Part shown: in pieces, positions 42,201-53,800 of the stretch
Numbering within the stretch: the stretch's first letter is position 1
Layout: each line of letters opens with the position of its first letter
Assembly (NCBI GenBank): GCA_964016885.1
Contig: CAXHJY010000614.1
Coordinates: forward strand, 8,249-72,248
Source of the DNA: Eledone cirrhosa
Lineage: Eukaryota
DNA: 64,000 bases
Direction: 5' to 3'
The notes under the pieces: generated by a model
Told to the model about the DNA's origin: nothing
Seen by the model: the letters and a program-made list of their open reading frames with translations, nothing else
The model's database searches: none
Program-made: the position numbers and the translations under genes

Positions 42201-45200
42201 CTTAAGTCATGTCATATTAAGTTAAGTTAACAATTGAGATGAAATGAATAAATAAAATTAGAAATATTAATATTCATGAATGGAATATACATATATAATA
42301 TGAGAAAAAGGAAACCTAAGATTAATATGAAGGATCATAAAAGAAACTTTGAAAATGATTTACCAGTCAGATTAATTGCACCATCTAAATCTGACCTTGG
42401 CAGACGTAGCAAAAATATTCTAGACAGAATAATACCACAAATTAAGAATTTACCTAATTTATCTTACTTAAAATTATGGAAAGGGACTAGTGAGGTTATC
42501 GATTGGTTTAAAGAAATTAAATATAACTATAATAATAAGTTTATTCAGTTGGATATTGCTAACTACTACTCATCTATCACTCCTAATCTACTGAATAAGG
42601 CACTAACTTACGCATTTAAACATACAGACATAACTAGTAATGAAATGCACACTATATTATCGGCACGGAAAACATTAATAGAATTTAATAACCACCTCTG
42701 GACTAGGGCAGATAGAAATAATAATTTCGACATAACTATGGGATCTTCAGACTCAGCTCAGGTAACGGACCTTGTGGGCCTATTTATAATTAATTCTCTA
42801 CATAGAAAAATACCAGGTGTAACCGGAGGTTTATATCGTGACGACATGCTTTTACTTATAGAAAATAATAGCTGTGAACTAAATAGAAAAAGAAAACAAA
42901 TTATACAATTTTTTAATTACCTTAATCTAAAAGTAGAAATAGAGAATAACCATAAAATAGTCAATTTTCTAGATGTAACACTAAATCTTAACACATGTCT
43001 TCATTATCCATTTCACAAACTAAATGAGAACTTAAATTATGTCAATTTTAACTCTAATCACCCCAGATCCGTTAAAAATACTATAGTGAACTCTGTACAA
43101 GAACGAATTTTGAGAATTTCATCTAATAAGAATATATTTGATGAAAAAGTGCATTATTAAAACGAAGCGTTAGGTAGAGCTGGGTATAGAAATAAAATTA
43201 AATACATCGATAATAATAATACTATAAAAACTAACCAAAATAATAACAATTTTAACTATGGTAACAATTTTAACAACTATAATAGAAAACATTACAATAA
43301 TTCCGAAAGCCGAAAAAGAAATAGAACTAGGAATATAGTATGGTTCGCTCCTCCTTTCTCACTAAATATTCAAACCCCTATTGCTAAACTATTCTTTAAA
43401 GCTCTCGACAAACGCTTTCCTAGAACACATAGATATTACTCAATTTTTAATAGACATACTATAAAATTAACTTACTCTTCCACCAAAAATTTAGCGCAAA
43501 ATATTAATAGAATTAATAATAGAAATTTAAAACCTAACCAAAATACCAATAATAACCCAAGCAATATTCAATCGAATAATTGTAACTGTAGAAATAAATC
43601 CAACTGTCCGTTAAATAACAATTGCTTAGCTAAAAATGTAGTTTATAATTGTAATGTAAAAACTAATTTAAATTCATTTAATTATGTCGGGTCTACCTCC
43701 ACAGAGTTTAAATCCCGCTTCAATAATCATAAAAATTCTTTTACAGATCCAAACAAAAAATCTTCAACTTCGCTATCTAGCCTATTATGGGACCTAAAAC
43801 GAGATAATGTTGAATATTCGCTGATTTGGAATATTATTTCAAAAGCTACTCCTTTTAATTCCTCTTCAGAAAATTGCGATCTTTGTATAGAGGAAATATT
43901 CTTTATATTAAAGACCAACAATTCCCTAAATTTAAGGAATAATTTATTCAGTTGCTGCAGACATAGATTGAACTTAACGTTTAAATATAAATATAAATTT
44001 AAAATGTAGTATAATTAATTAAGTAATTTGGTTAATATATGAAACCTGTCGATAAATCATTAGATTCCTTCACCTTTTTCATTTTCTTTGGTTAAGTACT
44101 AAAGTATAAATAAATTTTCTTCCTAAATATAAATATAAATATAATAAACTATTCTAGAGAAATATATTGTGAGCTCTTGAAAGGAGAAAATATTTCCTAT
44201 TTCTTATATTTTTTATATTTTTCATATTTTTCATATTTTTTTATATTTTATTTATTTATTTATTTATTTATTTTATATTTATTTTATGATAGCTTCTCAT
44301 AATTTTTGAACATTTATCCTTTCAATATCTTGAGTAAAATATACGTAAAATATACTAAATCTATTAAACATATTATTTTAACTTAAAATATTCTATAATA
44401 TTTTAAAATATTTTAATATTTTAATATTTTAGAATTCTTTTGTTTTTAAGTTATATTGATATAATTATATTTCCAAAATATAATCCTTTTGTATTTTATG
44501 TACTCAATTATACTATGTAATATATTGATGTATACTTATCTCTATACGAGTATGTATGTATATGTGTGTATTGACATACATATACATGTATTATATGCAT
44601 TTTTATGAATATATGTCTGTCTATATATATGCATGAGTGATGCGTGTCTACCAATTGGGTGATGCACACACATGTGTATATATGTATATGTAAGAATTGT
44701 GTGTGTACATGTACATGTGTACCCATACAATTTGATTGCAGATTTAATGCATGAAAGCTAATCCTATATATTTTTATATATATATATAAACATTTTTTAT
44801 TTAATAACACAAGGGATGTATAACATTAATAATAAAAAAAAATCATTTATGCTTTGTATGTATATATTATATACGGGAGTAGATATAATGTGTATCTTCT
44901 GAGTGTGTATATATATATATATTTATGTGTATCTTTTGCGTGTGTGTACGTGTTATATGATAGGTAATTTTCTCTAGCAATATATAGATTTCTTAATGTT
45001 TAAATTTCAATTTTTAATATATTGATCTCAACTTTTAAACTAAATATCTAATCATAGTTAAACAATGATTAATTTCTCATATTATATATGTATATTCCAT
45101 TCATGAATATTAATATTTCTAATTTTATTTATTCATTTCATCCCAATTGTTAACTTAACTTAATATGACATGACTTAAGGTTTTCGTTCTCTCCCCCCTC

Positions 45201-45679
45201 TCTCTATCTCTCTCTCTCTTGATTTTTTCTCTCTGTCTGGTGTTTTGATATCTCTCTCTCCTTTTTCTTTTTTCTTTTTTTTTTTTTTCTCTTTTTCTTT
45301 CTTTATATCTCCCTTTCTTTCTCAACTTTTCTCTCTCTTGGTTTTTCTCTCTCTCCGTCTTTTTCCTTCTCCGTAACACAATGACTTACTAAGATAAACA
45401 AATCCAATATCCCTGATGTCTTCCAAAAGTAACGGTTGTATTTTGAAAGGGTATGTCAAAATTTATTTATAAAACTGGTATATATTGTATTTTGTCTGAT
45501 GAAAGCATACCATAATTTAACATGATATCCTTGAAATATGTATAATAAAATAGATATGGTTTTATAAATATAGTTTCCATTTGTTAATATCGTATATTTA
45601 CTCCAAATACTTGTCGAGTGCTTTATATCAGTTATAAAAATATTTGCTTGTTGTATCCCAACAATTTAAATAGAACTTT

Positions 45680-45715
<36 letters not shown>

Positions 45716-47772
45716 CAAGTGTATGCAGCTATAGTGTACAACAACAACAATGATGAATACCAAAAAAGAAAAGAATTTCTTACCTGGATCATCATGGTTT
45801 CTGATGCACTGTGTTGTGCTGTCACAAGTTGCCATTGTAAGTGCATCTGACAGTTATTACAAAATTAGAACAGCAAACGTCATCATCAGCAGGCATTTGT
45901 TTAATTTATATTCTATTTTGATTCTGCCACTAAGATACTGCCAGGAAGTGCAGTATAATAGTAGTCCAACATTGTAGTATCACATGATCTTAAAAGAGAA
46001 AGGCAACTTGGCAACATCAATGCAGGAATTCTTGGTGTAAATAAAACAGATATTCATTCAACCTTAAATTAAACTCTTTTTTCATAAATAAACTAATTTT
46101 TTAAAACTAGGAGGATAATATCATTTCAAGTATCACATCGAAGTTGAAGCTGCTATAAGTCAACACCAGCCAAATTATTTGAGGTAGTTCCTAAGCACTC
46201 AATACAAGGAAGGAATTAATTCTTCTATCAAAGTGAACACATTAAGTTATATGAGGGCAACACCATGAATAATGTATAGATCATGTTATGCACCTATAGT
46301 ATATAACAACAACAACTATGAATACTAAAAGGGCAAAGAATTTCTCACCTGGACCATCACAGTTTCTGATGTTGAACAATCTGATGTTGAACAATCACAA
46401 ATTGCCAGTGAAAGTCATAAGTGCATCTAACAGATATATGCAGTTAGAACAGGAAGCATCTTCATCAGCAGGCATTCATTTGAATTAGTCTAGATGTGAT
46501 GCCTTTGGATTTGTGTCAGGTAAAAGTACCACTAATGTTCTCTTCTTCAAGAGGCAACTGCAGGAGAAGTACCTAGCTAAAAGTTAGCCCCTCTACTTGG
46601 TATTTATTGACCAGGAGAAAGCAATTGACAGTCCCCCTTTCTGTAATTTGGTGGGCTCTTAGAAAACTAGGGGTAGATGAGTGGCTCGTGAGAGCAGTAC
46701 AAGCTATGTACAGAGGAGTAGTCAGTAAAGTTAAAATTAATAATGACTATTGTGAGGAGTTTAGTATGCAAGTGGGAGTTTACCAGGGCTCTGTTCTTAG
46801 CCCTCTCTGGTTTATTATCATCCTTCAGGCTATAACAGTAGAGTTTAAAACAGGCTGCCAATGGGAACTCCTATATGATGATGATCTAGATATCATAGCT
46901 GAATCTATGGCAGAATTAGAGAATAAATTCCAGACATGGAAGCATAACTTGCAATCAAAAGGTCTTAAAGATTAAAGTCATAGAAAGTATAAAGGAAAAC
47001 AGGGCTCTGATTCCTTTAGGGAAATGGCCTTGCTCAGTGTGTAGGAAAATAGTGAGTAGAAATTTATCCTTTGTCCCAAATGTAAACTATGAGTACTCAA
47101 AACATGTAGTGGGATCTCAAGCAGGCTAGCAAAGAATATTGGTTTTGTATGTGGTCGATGCACAGGAGCAGTAAGCAGCTAGTGTTCATAGGAAACAAGC
47201 TCTATTAAATTCTTAGAGAGTTCCATGGAAGTATTTGACAGCTTTTGTTACCAGAGTGGAGGGGGGGGGGTGTTCTAAAAGTACAGTAGCCAGAGTGAGG
47301 AACAGGATGGAGAAAGTTTAAGGAGCTAATACTGCTGCTAGCTATGAAAGGTTTTTCCCTCTAAATAATGGGCAGATTGTATGATGCATGTATACATACA
47401 GCAATGCTGCATGAAAAGAAGACCTGGATGCTGTGTGCAGAGGACCTATGAACACTGGAAAGAAATGAAGCTTGCATACGCCAATGGATGTTTAATAGTA
47501 ATGAACGACGAAGTGTAAATGAACTGAGAGAGAAAATGGTCATAAGTAGGATCAGATGCAGTGTGCAGTCATTGGATATGATTCCATCCTGTATTACCCA
47601 ATTGACTATGTGGGTTATTAGTTCAGCTCCCACTTCTGATGATTTCAGCATCTTGGCAACTATCTCTGACAGTCCTGCAGCTTTACCATTCTTCATCTCC
47701 TTGATTGCTTCTTTGACCTTATAACTGTCAATTTCAATAGCTGGTTCCTCATACTCACATGCGCATACACAT

Positions 47773-47845
<73 letters not shown>

Positions 47846-50800
47846 GTGCTTATTGTTTCTGTTCACAGAATAACATTGGTTATCTCAGCAGTGATGAAAC
47901 AGTGAGAATATTACTGGAAGAACAATTCCCATTAGAAGTTGAACAGATTCGACGTCTTGTAGAGATGTGGAAAGATGAAAATAAGGGTGTCAACTACCAT
48001 TTGTTAATGGATTCACTCAATTTGAAAAAAACATTGCCTTGTTTTCATATGTTGCCATTAGATAAATGTAAGTTGGTGTTACATTTTATTCTTGTTAGTG
48101 TTGTTAGTAATGAAGTTTTTACAACTGGTGCTATCTTTAGGACAACTAGATAGCCACCTAGAGAGCAGATCTTAGCAGAAACTTTTGTCTCTACACATAT
48201 GATTGTGTGTTTGAGTGCATGTGTGAGTGTGCATGCATGTGTTCAGGTAACTATGTTCTGACAGAGGTTTGACTGCTATTTTTAGCATGTTGAGTGACCT
48301 CATAGGCACTCCCAGGTGCTCTCTGGTGCATATGTAATGGATGGGCATACATTTGTATGTGTGTGTATATAGTTAAATGAACTCACATACAAATGTGACC
48401 CTATGCACGACACATACCAGGGATCACTTGGGAGTTGTTATGTGGTCACTCAACATGCTAGAAAACCTCTGAGAAAATACATCCAGCTGTTTAAAAACGA
48501 TCATATTAGATCATATTACTGATGGGATAATCACACTTGGGCTGCCTTCAGTAATGCCTTTCATAAATGACCACCACTTTGAGTCTAAACAACAATAACT
48601 ACAACACATACATACATGATGATAATGATGGCTGTAACTTGATTTTGAGTAATGCCATCATTTGATATTTAAGCATGAGCATCAAGGTTGTGGCTTTTTA
48701 GTCTTGCTAGGGACTTTCCTGTAGCCAGCAATTCTAAGCATTGCAAAAAAACATCACATATTAAGCAATGCCTGTGCTTGAAGCTTTTATAAGTGAGGAA
48801 AGGCTTTGCACGAGGCCAATCCTACTCTCTGAACATTGAATGTATTTGCCCAAAAAGTAGAAATAGTCTTCATCATTGGATGCAAACAAAATTGCAGGTT
48901 TTATATAAGAGTGACCTTTTCCTAGAGAGATGTTTTAATGAAGACTAGGAGTCTCTCACTCTACTAAAAAAAAAAATTACTTACATACATACATATCCAG
49001 GGCTGGCACTACCATTAAGGTCAACTTAGGGTGCTGACATCAGAGGGCTGCATTATTGAACCTTAAAAGATCACAGTTTTAATTAACTTACATACATATA
49101 ATAATTTCCTGCAATCTATATATAAATCAATAAACATCTTTGCTGTGTATATTTCATTTTGGAGAATATGGTACATCATCATCATCATCGTCACCGTTTT
49201 ACGTCCGTTCTTCCACGCTAGCATGGGTTAGACGGGTTGTCCTGTTGTGGGCAGTGTCCAGTCAGCTAACCTTGTCTTGCTCATACAGGAACTGATCTGG
49301 CTTGATTTCTACAGCTGGATGCCATTCCTAACACCAACCTCATTTACAGTGAGTGCTGGGTGCTTTTTTGCGTGGCGCCTACACATCTACTTTACAGTGT
49401 GGGCTGGGTGCTTTTTTGCCGTGGCACCTCCACGATCACTTTGCAGTGGGAGGGTGTGGGCGCATATTGTCTATATGCTTCAGCTTCGGCTTGTACCCAT
49501 AGGGGGGGGGGGGTCTTCTGTATTACTGCGTGACGCCAGAGGTCATGGTCGTGTGTCATCGCCTTTGAGAGGTGTAATTGGGTAAAGTTGGCTTTTATCA
49601 CCTCATCCCAGGTCTTCTTGGGTCTCCCCACTATGCGGTTTCCATCGACTTCTAGTGCTCTGCACCTTTTTATGCAGCTGTTATCCTTCATACACATCAC
49701 ATGTCCATACCAACGCAACTGGCTCTCCTGCACACAGCATTTGATTCCTCTTATGCTCAGTCTCTCTCTCAATTCATTTATGCTTTGCCATTCACGTATA
49801 TTACTATTACACATCCATCGGAGCATGCAGGCTTCGTTTCTTTCTAATCTAGTCAGTGCCCAGGTCTCACTACCATGTAACATTGCTGTTCGTATACACG
49901 CATCATACAGTCTGCCTTTCATTTTGAGGGAAAAGCCTTTTGTTTTTATTAATTAATTGAAATGGAGTGTATATCATTAGAAATACAGTAATGAAATGAA
50001 AGGGTTAAGGTGATGATGATGGTGGTAATGATGGTACTGCTGCTGATAGTGATTATGAAGGTATTGATGATAGTAATAATGGTGATGTTGATGATGATGA
50101 TGATGGGATTGGTGATAATGATGCTACTCCTGATGATGATGGTTATTAAAATGATGAGGATCATGATGATAGTAAAAATGGTGATGGTGATAATAAGCAA
50201 CTAAAACCAACTGACAATCACACATACATACACAAACACACACACACACAAACACTATATATATATATATAAGAAACGAAGCAGACTGTGTGGTTCCTGT
50301 AAACAAAGTGTAAGATGATAATATGGACATAAACAAGAGAAGAAACCCTTCATTAGCTGTTAACTGCGATCATAGATGTTTCGGTGCTTAAAACAGGACA
50401 TCAAAATCGATCAGCAGCGCGCCCAAGGCCTTTATCAATCAAAAGGCAATGAGGGATATATATATATATATAACAAAGAGGGTGTCGTAAGATACCAGGT
50501 AAGACCATAACGCACCAGAATACCCAATACTTAGTACCCTATTACCCAGTGGGTAATAGGAAAAGAGTCAGGACCCCGATGGCTGAGCTCTGGCCGTTTC
50601 AACAGCTAGATCTGAACTTGGATCTAGTTGTCGAAACGGCCGGAGCTTAGCCGTCAGGGTCCTGACTCTTTTCCTATATATATATATAAATCAGAATAGA
50701 TGCAGTAAAAGCCTGTTAGACCATTACTCACCAGAGTACTCAATACTTGGTATAGTAGGTGGGTAATATGAAGGATTTGGGACTAACTATTGAAACGGCA

Positions 50801-53800
50801 GTAGCTCAGACTTCCTATAAATATATGTATATATGTATGTATGTAAAAGGTAAACAGAAATAACAACACAATCGGTACAGTATATGGAAGGTAGATGGAG
50901 GCACATGGCTTAGTGGTTAGAGCATTGGCCTTGCAATCGAAAGGTTGTGAGTTCAATTCTCAAACAGGGTTGTGTGTTGTTTCCTTGAGCAAGACACTTT
51001 ATTTCACATTGCTCCAATTTACTCAGCTGTAGAAATGAGATGATAGGACTGGGGTCCCTATCATTCCACTGCAAAATGGTTGTGGAGGTGCCACGGCAAA
51101 AAAGCACTCAGCCCACACTGTAAAGTGGATGTGTAGGCGCCACGGAATAAAAGCACCCAGCACTCACTGTAAATGAGGTTGGTGTTAGGAAGGGCATCCA
51201 GCTGTAGAAATCAAGCAGAATCAGTTCCCGTCCCACCCTTGCAAGCAGGGAAAAGCGGACGTAAAATGATGATGATGATGATATATATATATAACCTTAA
51301 TACTGTATATAATACTCATGGTAACCCAAAAGCTAACCATAACTGCAATTATAGACAACCACAAAGTTGACCCCTTAAAGGTAATTGTCTCTTATCTAAC
51401 ATAGTATATCAATGCACTGTTTCTATACTTAATGGAACTATAGCTTACATTGGTGCAACATCAAATAGTTTTAAATCATGGTACTCCTCCAGCCATCACT
51501 CTTACCGGAATGTAAAACTGAAGAATTCAATCTCACTCACCAGTTATGAATGAGATTAAAAAAATATATCTTATATATTAGACTTTTTGTTGCTTAAATT
51601 ATGTTGCATAATACTAAACATTTATGCTTTTTGCTGCCTTGCTTATAAATCTATCTCTCATATTTCACCTTTAAAAAAAATTCTTTTCACTTTAAGTCTG
51701 TTATTTGCTGATAATTGCCTGCTTACCTGGTATCTTGGGACATGCATTCCTCAAATCTACTATTTGTTTCTTTAAGAGATTTGTGAAATGAGATTACAAT
51801 GTTTGTTGATTTAATTAATTTATTAATTAATCAGCAAATTATTATTGATATTTACAATTACATTTCGTTAAATTGAAATGGGCTTAGAAATTGATAAAAT
51901 GATTTAAATGATAATCTTTGGTTTTTACCTAAATCAAATTATTATGCTCTGTATTTTTCTGTAAGTGATTAACATTTTGAGCTTTCACACACTTAGTAAC
52001 GAATGAGTGTTATACCCCCCGCCCATATATATATATATATATATATATAAACCCATGCTAGCGTGGAAGAACGGACGTAAAACGGTGATGATGATGATGA
52101 TGATAAACACACGCACCTGTTGGTTTTCACTTCAATTTATTATAAATTTCCGGTTGGTTGGATAACCGAATGGTTGTTTATATATTGTCAAAGCTCTTTT
52201 GTCACACATTCTGTGACCTCAGTGACTGGGGTTTTATTTTGTCTCTCTTTTGTTCTGTCCTACACCATCTTCAAAAGGAAGTGTATAGATATATATAAAC
52301 TATAGTGACACCATTTACCATTTCCAGTTCCCAATTTGTTCAATCTGTAGGCACCCACTTTGATAAGAAGGAAGAGGAGAGATTAAGGAGTAAGATGAAG
52401 GATGATAAGATCCAAGCTCACTTCCAGAAGAGCAGCAGTATGGTTAATTCTAATGTTGATACCAACAATATGACCAAAAGTAAGACCTTATCCTGAATTT
52501 TTTATCTCTATAATGTTTAACAACCAAGACTTTGTTTGGTGTGTATGTGTATGTGACTATGTATGTCTAAATATATGTGTATGTATATATATATAGAAAT
52601 ATATTGTAATGTCATCCTCTTTTGTTAAAAAATATTTCATGTGAATGCATATATATATATATATATGAGCGCGACATGGTCCCCTGACCTAGCATTGTGC
52701 ACAACAGGACAACCCATCTAACCCATGCTAGCCTGGAAAATGGATGTAAACATCCAGCCCACACTGTAAAGTGGTCATGTAGGTGTCACAACAAAAAGCA
52801 CTCAGCCCACACTGTAAAGTGGTTGTGTAAAAGATATGGCAAAAAGCATCCAGCACACACTGTAAATGTGGTTGGTGCTAAGAAGGGCATCCAGCCATAG
52901 AAAATCAGCCAGAAACAGTCCTATATGAGCAAGACACAGTCACCTGACCCAACTTGCCTCTAAATGGGACAAACTCGTTTAACCCATGCTCGTGTAGAAG
53001 ATGGACGTTAAATGATGATGATGATGATATATAATCATCATCATTACCATTTAATGTCCATTTTTCCATGCTAGCATGGGTTAGACGAGTTGTTCTGTTG
53101 TGAGACAAGTCAGATCAGGTGACCGTAGCTTGCTCATACAGAACTGTTTTGGCTTGGTTTCTATGGCTGGATGCCTTTCCTTATGTCAATGACATTTACA
53201 GTGTGGTATCAAATATATTGTGGTACCAACTGACAGGTTAGACTGGGTACTTTTTCATCATGTCAACATCATGACCACTTTACAGAATGGACTGGATTTT
53301 GTCTTGTCATCAACATCACAGGGTCAACTGGTGCTTATTTGTTGTTTCACCAGCATGACCACTTTTCAGGGTGGATTGGGAGCTTTTAGCCATTTCAGTA
53401 GCATTGTAGAAGTGCATGTCCAGCTTGTATGCATGGTTTGGACAAGAGAGGTGTATCAGATGTGGAAGGTGGGAGGTTGGGTCAGGGTGTGATGCATGTA
53501 TGCAGGTTGGGGATTGGAGAGGTAGGTCTAATGTGGAGCACTTAGCTGGGGAAGAGGGGGAGTGTTAAAATGTGAGAGGTGTATGGCAGTGAGGAGGAGA
53601 CATGGTGCATACTAGTGTCCTCTAGATGTTTACTTTACTTCATCCTGTGCACATTGCAATTGGGGGGGGGGGGGGGCTTTTGCATTATCTCTTCCCATCA
53701 TCTTTTACCTTTACCTTGTAGATTGGCGGAAATATGGAGTTCCGAACTTTCGTATGAACTTGACCCCTCCAAAGGTTCAATCCTTTAGTGATAATACAAA

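Larger units (their letters stand above)
41748..45683 (+). mobile_element. Penelope-like retroelement (Naiad/Chlamys-type), 5'-truncated, with an inverted pLTR copy at the 5' end
   Basis: RT plus C-terminal GIY-YIG frame; 41748-42307 is the reverse complement of 45073-45584; hammerhead motif in both copies; (TA)n at both flanks. Confidence 0.92.

Noticed and set aside
41953-42225. Lys/Arg/Glu-rich ORFs (also 45155-45379)
   Set aside because: Antisense reading of the pyrimidine-rich pLTR tract, duplicated by the inversion.
43158-43160. Recoded stop or selenocysteine in the main Naiad ORF
   Set aside because: The codon is TAA at a probable Tyr position and all conserved Cys are TGT/TGC; most likely a point mutation.
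49949-50204. Met-rich and Ile-rich hydrophobic ORFs
   Set aside because: Degenerate (ATG)n microsatellite.
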